From the NCBI GenBank assembly GCA_910585545.1, contig CAJUFN010000005.1, positions 28,954-92,953 on the forward strand: a stretch of 64,000 nucleotides of DNA. Reading direction: 5' to 3'. This DNA comes from an uncultured Lachnospiraceae bacterium (GTDB lineage: Bacteria > Bacillota > Clostridia > Lachnospirales > Lachnospiraceae). Numbering within the stretch: position 1 is the first letter of the stretch; each line of letters starts with the position of its first letter. Below the pieces are notes generated by a model that ran no database searches, was not told where the DNA came from, and was given only the letters and a program-made list of their open reading frames with translations. The translations under genes were made by a program, and so were the position numbers. This document shows, piece by piece, positions 49,221-59,271 of the stretch.

Positions 49221-51097
49221 TGAAAAATACAATACAAAAGATATACCTGGGTCTGATTTTTGTTCTGCTGTATGCACCAATCGTCACCCTTATGGTACTT
49301 TCTTTTAATGATTCTAAAACTCGTGTAAAATGGGGCGGATTCACCGGAAAATGGTATGTTCGTCTGTTTCAAAATGAACAGATCATGAATGCGCTTTACA
49401 CAACTTTGATCATTGCATTTTTATCTGCCTTGATCGCAACCATTATCGGAACTGCTGCCGCAATCGGCATTCAGTCTCTGAACCGAAAATTTCGTACCAT
49501 AATGATGGGGATTACCAATATTCCGATGTTAAATGCCGACATCGTTACCGGTATCTCTCTCATGCTGCTTTTTATTGCCTTTCGTTTTTCGCTTGGCTTT
49601 TCCACGATTTTACTGGCACATATTACCTTTAATATTCCATATGTAATTTTAAGTGTAATGCCAAAGCTAAAGCAAACAAATAAACGAACCTATGAGGCTG
49701 CATTAGATCTTGGTGCTTCTCCGGTATACGCATTTTTCAAAGTCGTATTCCCGGATATCCTTCCAGGTGTCTTCTCCGGTTTCCTTTTATCATTCACGAT
49801 GTCGTTAGATGATTTTGTTATCACGCATTTTACCAAAGGACCTGGAGTCGAGACCCTTTCCACCAAGATTTACAGTGAGGTTCGAAAAGGAATTAAACCG
49901 GAAATGTATGCACTGTCTACGCTTTTATTTGTATCCGTGCTCTTTCTTTTGATTCTGATCAATACTTCGCCGCAAAAGAAAGAAAATGCACCGAAAAAAG
50001 CGCGTGTTTCCAAAACTGCAAAGGCTGCCCATCTTATATTCCGCAGAGTGATTCCGGTTACAATGGCTGCCATTCTTGTCGCAGGTGGATTTTTCTATGG
50101 TTCCAAAAATAAAATCAGCGGCGACAATCAGGTCATCGTATACAACTGGGGCGAATATTTAGATCCTGTCGTCCTTGATATGTTTGAAGAAGAAACCGGC
50201 ATCGAAGTCATCTATGAAGAATTTGAGACAAATGAAATTATGTATCCAAAGATTCAGTCCGGCGCAATCGCTTATGATGTAGTCTGCCCTTCTGATTACA
50301 TGATTCAACGTATGATCGAAAATGATTTGCTTGCTGAATTGAATTACGAAAACATACCAAATATCAAGAACATTGGTAAACAATACATGGAACAGTCCCG
50401 TCAGTTTGACCCGGAAAACAAGTATTCCATTCCATACTGCTGGGGAACCGTAGGCATCTTATATAATAAGACACTGGTTTCAGAACCAATCGACAGCTGG
50501 AGTGTTCTGTGGGATCCACAATACAAGGACAATATCCTGATGCAGGACAGCGTGCGTGACGCATTTGCAGTAGCTTTGCGTTATCTTGGCTACTCTTTGA
50601 ACTCTACAGACTTAGATGAGTTGGAAGCTGCAAAAGAATTACTCATTGAACAAAAACCTCTTGTGCAAGCGTATGTTATCGATCAGGTACGCGACAAAAT
50701 GATCAACAATGAAGCTGCCATCGGAGTCATCTACTCCGGAGAAGCGATTTATACGCAATTGGAAAATCCTGATCTCGAGTATGTGATTCCAAAAGAAGGC
50801 TCTAATGTGTGGATTGATTCTTGGGTGATTCCAAAGAATTCCAAACATAAAGAAAATGCCGAAACTTTTATCGACTTTTTGTGCCGCCCGGATATTGCCA
50901 AGATAAACTTTGACTATATCACTTATTCCACACCGAATACGGCTGCAAGAGAACTAATCGAAGATCCTAAGATCAAAAACAGTACGATTGCATTCCCACA
51001 GCCTTCCGAGCTGGAGCACTGCGAAACGTTCCGTTTCCTTGGCGATAAATATGATGCCATCTATAACGAGCTTTGGAGAGAGATCAAATCAAAATAG
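49220..51097 (+). CDS. Fused PotC-type permease and PotD-type periplasmic binding protein
   Basis: Residues 1 to about 265 are a permease (EAALDLGAS loop). A linker follows with an extra TM (VIPVTMAAILVAGGFFYG). Residues from about 300 to 625 are PotD-like (VIVYNWGEYLDP..., ...IPKNSKHKENAETFIDF). Confidence 0.8.
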   Translation: MKNTIQKIYLGLIFVLLYAPIVTLMVLSFNDSKTRVKWGGFTGKWYVRLFQNEQIMNALYTTLIIAFLSALIATIIGTAAAIGIQSLNRKFRTIMMGITNIPMLNADIVTGISLMLLFIAFRFSLGFSTILLAHITFNIPYVILSVMPKLKQTNKRTYEAALDLGASPVYAFFKVVFPDILPGVFSGFLLSFTMSLDDFVITHFTKGPGVETLSTKIYSEVRKGIKPEMYALSTLLFVSVLFLLILINTSPQKKENAPKKARVSKTAKAAHLIFRRVIPVTMAAILVAGGFFYGSKNKISGDNQVIVYNWGEYLDPVVLDMFEEETGIEVIYEEFETNEIMYPKIQSGAIAYDVVCPSDYMIQRMIENDLLAELNYENIPNIKNIGKQYMEQSRQFDPENKYSIPYCWGTVGILYNKTLVSEPIDSWSVLWDPQYKDNILMQDSVRDAFAVALRYLGYSLNSTDLDELEAAKELLIEQKPLVQAYVIDQVRDKMINNEAAIGVIYSGEAIYTQLENPDLEYVIPKEGSNVWIDSWVIPKNSKHKENAETFIDFLCRPDIAKINFDYITYSTPNTAARELIEDPKIKNSTIAFPQPSELEHCETFRFLGDKYDAIYNELWREIKSK

Positions 51098-51124
51098 TAT
51101 ATATGAGTATAGAAAGGACAGACT

Positions 51125-52030
51125 ATGAAACGGATATTAAATTATGAAATCACAAAAGAATATGCCGGTCAGCCTGTCCTTTTCTTTTTAAAGCAACATG
51201 GGTTTTCCCAGCAAATCGTTACCCATTTAAAAAAGACGGAAAATGGGATTCTCTTAAACGGTATCTGGGCAAGGGTATGGGATATTTTAAAAGAAAACGA
51301 TGTGCTTACTCTGACAATAACCGAAATAGGCTCTTCGGAAAATATCGTTCCGGTCAAACTTCCATTTCCGATTGTATACGAAGACGAAGATTTGCTTGTC
51401 ATCAACAAACCGGCCGGCATGCCGATTCATCCTTCACAGGGAAATTTCGAAAATACTTTGGCAAATGCGGCTGCCTACTACTTTTCTTCAAAGAAAGAAC
51501 CTTTTATCTATCGCTGCATTAACCGACTGGATAAGGATACCACAGGTCTTCTGCTCCTTGCCCGCAACATGTATAGTGCCGCAAGACTTTCCGATATGGT
51601 CGCAAAACGTGAAATCCACAGGACTTACCTTGCCATCGTCAGCGGACATTTAGAGAACGAAGGCTGTGTAAAAGCTCCCATTGCCCGCACCGACGGTTCT
51701 ACGATTGAACGACAGGTAGATTTCCAAAGAGGGGAATACGCCTGCACACATTATCGTGTTTTGGATACAAACGAGCGTTATTCACTCGCCAAATTAAGAT
51801 TAGACACCGGAAGAACGCACCAGATTCGAGTACATATGAAGTACATAGGCCACCCTCTTCCTGGCGATTTTCTTTATAATCCTGATTATTCCTGTATTTC
51901 CCGTCAGGCGTTGCATTCCTATCAGCTAGATTTCAACCACCCGGTAACCGGAGAAAAAATGTGCTTTACTGCTCCTTTGCCAGAGGATATGGATTTGGGC
52001 TGGAAATTAAAGAAGGAGGATTCCTTCTAA
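51125..52030 (+). CDS. RluA-family 23S rRNA/tRNA pseudouridine synthase
   Basis: It has an S4-like N-terminus and the catalytic motif NRLDKDTTGLLLLA, followed by ...GRTHQIRVH. Confidence 0.85.
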   Translation: MKRILNYEITKEYAGQPVLFFLKQHGFSQQIVTHLKKTENGILLNGIWARVWDILKENDVLTLTITEIGSSENIVPVKLPFPIVYEDEDLLVINKPAGMPIHPSQGNFENTLANAAAYYFSSKKEPFIYRCINRLDKDTTGLLLLARNMYSAARLSDMVAKREIHRTYLAIVSGHLENEGCVKAPIARTDGSTIERQVDFQRGEYACTHYRVLDTNERYSLAKLRLDTGRTHQIRVHMKYIGHPLPGDFLYNPDYSCISRQALHSYQLDFNHPVTGEKMCFTAPLPEDMDLGWKLKKEDSF

Positions 52031-53694
52031 ATACGAAAGCATCCTCCACCGATAAATTCTCTAAGAATCGAATTCGCCGGAATATTTTCTCCTCCGATTC
52101 CCACAAAATAATCAAAAAATTTCAAAAGGCGTTTTGCCTCTGTATATTCCTCACAATCCGATTCTATTTCAAACAGTGCGGGCTCAGCATACTGCTTCAG
52201 TACTGCCAATTCATAAATCAATGCGGAATTGAACATCACATCCGCCTGCTCTTGGAACGGAAAAATATTTGCTTCCTCTCCTCTTCTGACAGATGGCCAC
52301 AATTCAATCGTCCGTTTCGCACTTGTTCCCCTTGTTCTTGCATCACGTACAATCCTTCTTATCAGCCGTCCATCTGTGGTCGGTATCTGATTGTGTTCAT
52401 CAATATTGATCTGTGTAAGCGCACTGATATAAATCTTAAATTTGTTCTCTGTAGGAAGTGCATGAGACATCTTATCATTTAATCCATGAATTCCCTCAAT
52501 CACCAAGATATCCTGTTCCCCAAGTTTCTTCTTATCGCCTCGGTATTCCCGTTCGCCCGTCTTAAAATTATATGTTGGAAGCATAATTTCTTCACCTGCA
52601 AGCAAAGAACACATATCCTGGTTAAAAAGCTCGAGATCAATTGCTTCAAGACATTCAAAATCATATTCCCCGCTTGCATCTTTTGGTGTATCTACTCTGT
52701 TTTTAAAATAATTGTCCACTGCAATCGGATGAGGTTTTAATCCATTAGCTCGAAGCTGCACCGATAACCGATGAGAAAATGTCGTCTTGCCAGAAGAAGA
52801 CGGTCCCGCGATCAAGACAAATTTCACATCCGGCCGCTCTGCAATCTGCTGTGCGATCTCTGCTATTTTCTTTTCCTGCAAAGCCTCCTGCACTAAAATA
52901 AGCTCACTGACATCCTGCTTTGTCACCGCTTCATTTAATTCGCCGACCGTTCCTACTTCCAGCATATTTCCCCATTCCACCGACTCCTGAAGTACTTTAA
53001 AAAGCTTATGCTGCGGCTTGAACTCTGGTACCACAGTAGGCGCTCCTTTCACCGGCATCTGTAATACAACACCGCCCTCATACAGATATAATTTGAAATA
53101 TTTCAGGTAAGACGTGTCTGGAACCATATAGCCATAATAGTAATCCTCAAATTCATTCAGGCTATAAATATTCACAGTAGAACTTCTCCTATAACGGAAT
53201 AACTTCTCCTTATCGTGCATTCCATATTTGGCAAATAATTTTATTGCATCATCCGTAGAAATGCTTCTCTTTTGAATCGGAAGTCTTTCTTCTGACATCT
53301 GCTTCATCCGTGCATCTACCTTTGCAAGAAATTCTTCATCAAGCGTGATCTCTCCCTCTATCGTACAATAATATCCTTTGCTCACCGAATAACCCACATG
53401 CACTTTTTTTATTACATCATGGCCGCCCACATCATGCACCGCTTTTACAAACAAAAGTTTCATGCTTCTTCGATATGTTTTATTTCCCACTGTGCTTGCC
53501 GTTGTAACAAACGAAACTTCGCAATCACTTTTAATCGGTTTTTCAAGCTCCTCCAACCGATTTTCTATCATTGCCAGCACAATATCTGCTTCATATTCAC
53601 TCTGATGTTCTTTCGCAAGCTCCAAATATGTAGTTCCTTGCGGATATTCCTTCACACTATCACCTATTTTTATCCGATACATCTGTTTATCCAT
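52027..53694 (-). CDS. Uridine-kinase-family nucleoside kinase with N-terminal TGS/ThrRS-like region
   Basis: The P-loop is LIAGPSSSGKTTF and the C-terminal half is udk-like. The protein is 555 aa. Its stop overlaps the convergent rluA-family stop by 4 nt. Confidence 0.7.
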   Translation of the reverse strand: MDKQMYRIKIGDSVKEYPQGTTYLELAKEHQSEYEADIVLAMIENRLEELEKPIKSDCEVSFVTTASTVGNKTYRRSMKLLFVKAVHDVGGHDVIKKVHVGYSVSKGYYCTIEGEITLDEEFLAKVDARMKQMSEERLPIQKRSISTDDAIKLFAKYGMHDKEKLFRYRRSSTVNIYSLNEFEDYYYGYMVPDTSYLKYFKLYLYEGGVVLQMPVKGAPTVVPEFKPQHKLFKVLQESVEWGNMLEVGTVGELNEAVTKQDVSELILVQEALQEKKIAEIAQQIAERPDVKFVLIAGPSSSGKTTFSHRLSVQLRANGLKPHPIAVDNYFKNRVDTPKDASGEYDFECLEAIDLELFNQDMCSLLAGEEIMLPTYNFKTGEREYRGDKKKLGEQDILVIEGIHGLNDKMSHALPTENKFKIYISALTQINIDEHNQIPTTDGRLIRRIVRDARTRGTSAKRTIELWPSVRRGEEANIFPFQEQADVMFNSALIYELAVLKQYAEPALFEIESDCEEYTEAKRLLKFFDYFVGIGGENIPANSILREFIGGGCFRI

Positions 53695-53744
53695 ACTGCT
53701 CCTTCTTTCTTTGCATGGTTTTATACCTCACAGAATCTGCGTAT

Positions 53745-54536
53745 TTATATAATATGAAATGGGTGACGTACAGGTGCTGGAATAATTTCAATTCCCGGCA
53801 ATTCTTTTTCCAGAAACTGTTTGATATCCTGAATAAAAATATGTTCCAGACCATAGTGACCGGCATCAATGACCATCAGCCCCTGTGCTACGGCATCAAT
53901 TCCGGCGTGATGATCGATGTCTCCGGTAATCAACACCTGCGCACCCTTTCTTAAAGCCTCTGAAAGGACACTCTTACCTGCTCCCGGACATATTGCAACC
54001 CGGCTCACACTTTTTTCTTCCCCTCCAAACACTTTTACATATTCCAGAGAAAATGCTTCTTTCACAAGCTTTGCACATTCTGCCAGCGTCATCGTCTTTA
54101 AGGATCCTACCCTTCCGATTCCTTCCTTTTTTTCCCCTTTATCCGTATCAGACACACCCGTCTCTTCGAGTACTTCGGATTCTGCAAGCATCAACTTATC
54201 CGCAGCCAAATCTGCCATCCCAAGCACATCATAATTCGTATGCATGGCATAATAAGCCATTTTATTCTCTATCATTTTAATGATCCGCCGTCCGATAAAA
54301 TCATCATCCGTCACGCTCTTCATCCCGGAAAAAATAAGCGGATGATGTGTGATAAGCATATCTGCTCCCACACTTACCGCTTCCTCTACAGCTTCATCAT
54401 CTGCATCCAACGCAACATATATTTTTTTTACTTCCTTTTGCCGGCTTCCTGCCAACAATCCTACATTATCCCAAGAAAGTGCATAACACCTTGGATATGC
54501 ACTTTCAATCATTTCTATAATATTTTTGCAAAGCAT
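53745..54536 (-). CDS. Nif3-like dinuclear metal-centre protein (YqfO family)
   Basis: The motifs ITHHPLIF ... GDIDHH and HY..E are present. The trmK-nif3 order downstream of rpoD is conserved. Confidence 0.85.
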   Translation of the reverse strand: MLCKNIIEMIESAYPRCYALSWDNVGLLAGSRQKEVKKIYVALDADDEAVEEAVSVGADMLITHHPLIFSGMKSVTDDDFIGRRIIKMIENKMAYYAMHTNYDVLGMADLAADKLMLAESEVLEETGVSDTDKGEKKEGIGRVGSLKTMTLAECAKLVKEAFSLEYVKVFGGEEKSVSRVAICPGAGKSVLSEALRKGAQVLITGDIDHHAGIDAVAQGLMVIDAGHYGLEHIFIQDIKQFLEKELPGIEIIPAPVRHPFHII

Positions 54537-55231
54537 AGTATACCTTCTTTCGTCTCTGCTATCTCATTAAATACTTCTTCTCTTCGCATTCTTGTACGCG
54601 GATTCTCTGTACTGCTCAACCGTTCCAGAATAATCTCTTTTTCCTTCAATTCCTGCTTAAGATACTCTAACAAGACAGGATGCTTCTTATGTAAAAGACA
54701 AGGTCCGTATTTAAGTTCAATCCCGCTATATGGCGCTGCTTCACCCTTTTCCACACGCATCAGCGGATAATATTTCCCATCTTCATATACGATATCTTCT
54801 GCAGTTATATGATATCCTGACTTTTGTAGATAAGCTCTGACTTTTGCAATCTCAGACTGTGGCTGCAGCACCCAATACTTCATATGCTCCAGGACATCTT
54901 TCCCTTCTGACATAATTTTTATCATAAGTGCGCCGCCCATTCCTGCGGCTGCCATGCAATCGGCTTCGCCTGGTTTCAGCGCTTTTAGCCCGTCGGAAAG
55001 TCTCATCTCAATATATCCAGAAAGATCATATGCCTTGATATGCCTATTTGCACGTTCCAGCGGCCCTTTGTTCACATCCATAGCAAATACTTTTTTGCAC
55101 TTATAATCTTGCACCAATGCAATCGGAAGATATCCATGGTCTGTTCCCACATCGGCCACCCGAAGCTTTTCCATCTCTTCTTTTTCCGTCAATAACCGGA
55201 TAACTGCCTGTAATCTCTTTGATAATTCCAT
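54515..55231 (-). CDS. trmK: tRNA (adenine(22)-N(1))-methyltransferase
   Basis: The SAM-binding motif VADVGTDHGYLPI is present and the C-terminus is coiled-coil. Confidence 0.85.
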   Translation of the reverse strand: MELSKRLQAVIRLLTEKEEMEKLRVADVGTDHGYLPIALVQDYKCKKVFAMDVNKGPLERANRHIKAYDLSGYIEMRLSDGLKALKPGEADCMAAAGMGGALMIKIMSEGKDVLEHMKYWVLQPQSEIAKVRAYLQKSGYHITAEDIVYEDGKYYPLMRVEKGEAAPYSGIELKYGPCLLHKKHPVLLEYLKQELKEKEIILERLSSTENPRTRMRREEVFNEIAETKEGILCFAKIL

Positions 55232-55240
55232 ACCTGCCTC

Positions 55241-56353
55241 TTAATCCAGATAATCACGGAGTTTACGGCTTCTGCTCGGATGACGAAGTTTACGAAGCGC
55301 CTTTGCCTCAATCTGTCGAATACGTTCTCGTGTTACGTCAAATTCCTTTCCGACTTCCTCCAACGTTCTTGCTCTTCCGTCATTCATACCAAAGCGAAGT
55401 CTTAACACTTTCTGCTCTCTCTCAGTCAAAGTATCCAGCACTTCATCTAACTGCTCTTTTAACAAAGTAGCTGCTGCCGCCTCTGCTGGCACCGGCACAT
55501 TATCATCCTGAATAAAATCACCCAGATGACTGTCTTCTTCTTCACCAATTGGAGTCTCCAAAGAAACTGGCTCTTGAGAAATTTTCAAGATCTCCCGCAC
55601 GCGTTCTACCGGCATGTCCAATACTTCTGCAATCTCTTCCGGAGATGGTTCTCTTCCAAGCTCTTGCAGCAACTGTCTGGATACACGGATCAATTTGTTG
55701 ATCGTCTCTACCATGTGAACCGGAATACGGATTGTTCTGGCCTGGTCTGCGATCGCTCTTGTGATTGCCTGACGAATCCACCACGTAGCATAGGTACTGA
55801 ACTTAAATCCTTTTTGGTAATCAAATTTTTCTACGGCTTTGATAAGACCTAAGTTTCCCTCCTGGATCAAATCCAGGAACAACATACCTCGTCCCACATA
55901 TCTTTTCGCAATGCTGACTACCAGTCTTAAGTTGGCTTCTGCCAAACGTTTCTTCGCTTCCTCATCGCCGTCCGCCATCCTTTTCGCAAGTTCTATTTCC
56001 TCTTCCGCACTCAAAAGAGGCACTTTTCCGATTTCTTTTAAATACATACGGACAGGGTCTTCAATACTGATGCCATCCGGAACGGAAAGATCGATTTTTT
56101 CTACATCTACTTCATCTTCTTCAGTGATCACAATCTCGATCTCATCTTCCACATCCTCTTCTGCATTAATACGCAGCACATCAATACCGCTTGCCTCCAG
56201 ATATTCAAAAATCTTATCCATCTGTTCTGCTTCCAGCTCCATGTCTGAAAAAAAGTCATTGATTTCCTGCAACTCTAAAATACTTTTTTTCTTCTTTCCC
56301 AGGGCAACAAGTTCTTTTAACTTCTCTCCAAATTTTGCCATGTTTTCTTCCAT
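55241..56353 (-). CDS. rpoD: RNA polymerase primary sigma factor
   Basis: Region 2 ([17 protein letters not shown]), region 3 and region 4 ([20 protein letters not shown]) are present. The start is uncertain: ATG at 56353 (MEENM), ATG at 56341 (MAKF), or TTG at 56386 as in the ORF track. Confidence 0.92.
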   Translation of the reverse strand: MEENMAKFGEKLKELVALGKKKKSILELQEINDFFSDMELEAEQMDKIFEYLEASGIDVLRINAEEDVEDEIEIVITEEDEVDVEKIDLSVPDGISIEDPVRMYLKEIGKVPLLSAEEEIELAKRMADGDEEAKKRLAEANLRLVVSIAKRYVGRGMLFLDLIQEGNLGLIKAVEKFDYQKGFKFSTYATWWIRQAITRAIADQARTIRIPVHMVETINKLIRVSRQLLQELGREPSPEEIAEVLDMPVERVREILKISQEPVSLETPIGEEEDSHLGDFIQDDNVPVPAEAAAATLLKEQLDEVLDTLTEREQKVLRLRFGMNDGRARTLEEVGKEFDVTRERIRQIEAKALRKLRHPSRSRKLRDYLD

Positions 56354-56413
56354 ATACCTGTGTCCATCCTCTCTTTGGTCCGGCAAACCGTACCAATTGT
56401 TTATATTTTATCC

Positions 56414-58189
56414 TTAATCAATAGAAATATGCAGTGTCTTAAGGCTTAGCAGCTCTCTTTTCGCATTCATAAGTTTCTGAAGCCCTGCCAAATCTGTCGG
56501 CTCCAATTCCTGCGCAGACTTTTCTATGCTATGGCTCTTAACCCTTAGCAACGTCTCCTTTAATGCTTTTTCCTGCTCTTCCTTTGTCTTTATTTCTTTT
56601 AGTCTTGTATGGAATAAAGAAGCCACCTCCCGATGCTCTTCTTCATCCGTAAATTGATTCATAATCTTAGCAGGATTTACCTCTCCTTGCTGATATTGTT
56701 CATACAAAAGCGCTGCAACTTTTTTGTACAATTCCGTTGAGAAATCCTCCGGTGTAATGTAACGCTTAATCTGCGCAAAAATGTTCTGCCCTTCCAGCAT
56801 CCAAGTCAAAAGTACTTTCTGTGATTTCTTGTAACCATCTTCTTTTTCCTTTGGTTTCCCGGTGATTGCCTTTGGGCGAACAGCCATGGATGCCAGCCCT
56901 GACTGCACTGCTGTTCTTTGTACCAGTTTTTTTAACTCTTCATATCCGATTCGATAAGTTTTTGCAACTGCTTCTATATAATTATTGCGCTCAATCTCTT
57001 CTTCAAATTCTCCAAGCCTTTTTGCCGCTTCTCTGAAAAATGCGGTCTTTCCTTCCGGTGACTGCATATCGTAATCCCGCTCCAGCATCTCAAGTCCAAA
57101 CATAAAACCATTCCTTGCTTTTGCGATACGCTCTTCAAATGCTTCCGCGCCCAGATTCTTAATAAATTCGTCCGGATCTTTATATGGCTCCATACGAATC
57201 ACCTTCGCCGAGATTCCTGCTTCTTTTAAAATCGGCACTGCACGCAGAGCTGCTTTTGTACCGGCTTCGTCGCTGTCATAAGTAAGATACACTTCATTCA
57301 CATAACGCTTGATCAAAGAAGCATGTCCTGCCGTCAGCGCTGTTCCAAGAGTTGCAACTGCATTCGTAAATCCCGCCTGATGCATGGAGATTACATCCAT
57401 ATAACCTTCGCAAATAAGAAAATAAGATTTTCGGCTTGTCCTTGCACGATGCAATCCATACAAATTCCGGCTTTTGTCAAAAATCATTGTCTCCGGCGAA
57501 TTCAGATATTTCGGTTTTGCATCTCCCATCACGCGACCGCCAAACCCAATCACACGGTTATTCGTATCCATGATCGGAAACATCACACGATTCCAGAACT
57601 TATCATATGCTCCGTGTTTCTCGTCTGCATTGATCAAACCTGCTTTCAGAATCTGTTCATCATTGTAGCCTTTTATCTTGAGATATTGGTACAGATCATT
57701 ACTGTATTTGTTTGAATATCCCAGGCCAAACTGACGTATCGTTCCTTCATCAAGTCCTCTTTTCGTCAGATACTCATGTGCTGCCTTCCCATTTTCTGAT
57801 ATTAATTGTGCATAATAGTATTTTGCGGCAAGCTTGTTCATGTCCAGAAGAATCTGTTTTAAATCTCTTCTCTCTTTTTCTTCTTTTGAATATTCTGCTT
57901 CCGGCAGTTCAACTCCGGCACGATCTGCCAAAAATTTCAACGCCTCTACGAAAGAATAATTCTCATATTCCATCACAAATGTAAATACATTCCCTCCTGC
58001 TCCGCATCCAAAGCAATAGTACATCTGCTTTTGTCTGCTCACAGAAAAAGACGGTGATTTTTCATTGTGAAACGGACATAATCCAAAATAAGAGCTTCCT
58101 TTTTTTTGCAGCTTCACGTATCCGGAAATCACATCTACAATATCATTTTTCATTCTTACTTCTTCTACGATATCATCTGAATAATACAT
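56414..58189 (-). CDS. dnaG: DNA primase
   Basis: It has the zinc ribbon CPFHNEKSPSFSV...YCFGCGAGG and the TOPRIM motifs EGYMDV and YDSDEAG. Confidence 0.93.
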   Translation of the reverse strand: MYYSDDIVEEVRMKNDIVDVISGYVKLQKKGSSYFGLCPFHNEKSPSFSVSRQKQMYYCFGCGAGGNVFTFVMEYENYSFVEALKFLADRAGVELPEAEYSKEEKERRDLKQILLDMNKLAAKYYYAQLISENGKAAHEYLTKRGLDEGTIRQFGLGYSNKYSNDLYQYLKIKGYNDEQILKAGLINADEKHGAYDKFWNRVMFPIMDTNNRVIGFGGRVMGDAKPKYLNSPETMIFDKSRNLYGLHRARTSRKSYFLICEGYMDVISMHQAGFTNAVATLGTALTAGHASLIKRYVNEVYLTYDSDEAGTKAALRAVPILKEAGISAKVIRMEPYKDPDEFIKNLGAEAFEERIAKARNGFMFGLEMLERDYDMQSPEGKTAFFREAAKRLGEFEEEIERNNYIEAVAKTYRIGYEELKKLVQRTAVQSGLASMAVRPKAITGKPKEKEDGYKKSQKVLLTWMLEGQNIFAQIKRYITPEDFSTELYKKVAALLYEQYQQGEVNPAKIMNQFTDEEEHREVASLFHTRLKEIKTKEEQEKALKETLLRVKSHSIEKSAQELEPTDLAGLQKLMNAKRELLSLKTLHISID

Positions 58190-58253
58190 TCTGCCCTTCC
58201 TTCCAAATACATCCCACTATATATAATATTCGACAAGGCTTTCCTATTTCCTT

Positions 58254-59258
58254 TTAATTTTTCCAAGATTGAGGTATAAAAAATTCTTCAAACATCAAAA
58301 CCGCATAATTATCCGTCATTCCGGCAATATAGTCACATACGACTTGTTCCTTGCTATGCCCAATTTCCATCATATCATGATACAGCTTTGGCAACTTGTC
58401 TGGATGTTTCATATAGTAATCATATAATTTTCCAACAAGATGAACTGCCTTCTCCTCTTCTGCTTTTGCCACCGGATTGCGGTATACATGCTCATACATA
58501 AAGCAACGAAGCCTCGTGAGCACATCCTGTACTTCTTCCGACATGGAAATCTCCGGCTTCCCGGTACTGTTACTAATCACATCATGCACCATTGTATTCA
58601 GCCTGCTTCTTATCGTTGTTCCAAGTACATCGGTAAATTCCTTTGGAACATCCTCTTTTTTCAAAACTCCTGCTCGAATCGCATCATCAATATCGTGATT
58701 CACGTAAGCAATTTTATCAGAAAGCCTGACAATCTGTCCTTCTAATGTTTCCGGCATACTTTTTGTCTGATGCTTTAAAATACCATCGAGCACTTCGTAT
58801 GTGAGGTTCAATCCTTCTCCATTCTTTTCCAGATATTTCACAACACGTACACTCTGTTCATTATGCCGGAAACCATTTTCACACAATTCATCCAATGCTC
58901 TTTCCCCTGCATGTCCAAACGGCGTATGTCCCAAGTCATGTCCTAGTGCAATCGCCTCTGCAAGGTCTTCGTTAAGACGTAATGCCTTGGCAATTGTTCT
59001 TGCATTCTGTGCCACTTCCAGTGTATGCGTCATTCTCGTCCTATAATGATCTCCGCTTGGAAGAAGAAATACCTGGGTCTTTTGTTTCAACCGGCGAAAG
59101 GCTTTGCTATGCAGTATTCTGTCTCTGTCACGCTGAAAGACTGGTCTTAAATCACATTCTTCCTCGTCTTGCTCCCTTCCTTTGGAATTCCTGCTTAACG
59201 TTGCATATTCGCTTAGATACATCTCTTCACGTCTCTCCAACTCTTCTCTGATCGTCAT
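58254..59258 (-). CDS. dgt: dGTPase-like deoxynucleoside triphosphate triphosphohydrolase (HD domain)
   Basis: Motifs RTRMTHTLEVAQ and LGHDLGHTPFGH are present. The position directly upstream of dnaG-rpoD is conserved. Confidence 0.85.
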   Translation of the reverse strand: MTIREELERREEMYLSEYATLSRNSKGREQDEEECDLRPVFQRDRDRILHSKAFRRLKQKTQVFLLPSGDHYRTRMTHTLEVAQNARTIAKALRLNEDLAEAIALGHDLGHTPFGHAGERALDELCENGFRHNEQSVRVVKYLEKNGEGLNLTYEVLDGILKHQTKSMPETLEGQIVRLSDKIAYVNHDIDDAIRAGVLKKEDVPKEFTDVLGTTIRSRLNTMVHDVISNSTGKPEISMSEEVQDVLTRLRCFMYEHVYRNPVAKAEEEKAVHLVGKLYDYYMKHPDKLPKLYHDMMEIGHSKEQVVCDYIAGMTDNYAVLMFEEFFIPQSWKN

Positions 59259-59271
59259 ATCTACCGCTCCT

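Noticed and set aside
52027-52030. A 4-nt overlap of the convergent stop codons of the rluA-family and nucleoside-kinase genes, with no terminator between them.
   Set aside because: It is real in the sequence but is a common compact-genome arrangement. There is no evidence of special regulation.
58254-59258. The dGTPase-family HD protein as an anti-phage dNTP-depletion defence gene.
   Set aside because: It sits in the conserved housekeeping array dgt-dnaG-rpoD-trmK-nif3, has native composition and has no mobile-element signatures. It is most simply the core dGTPase-like enzyme.
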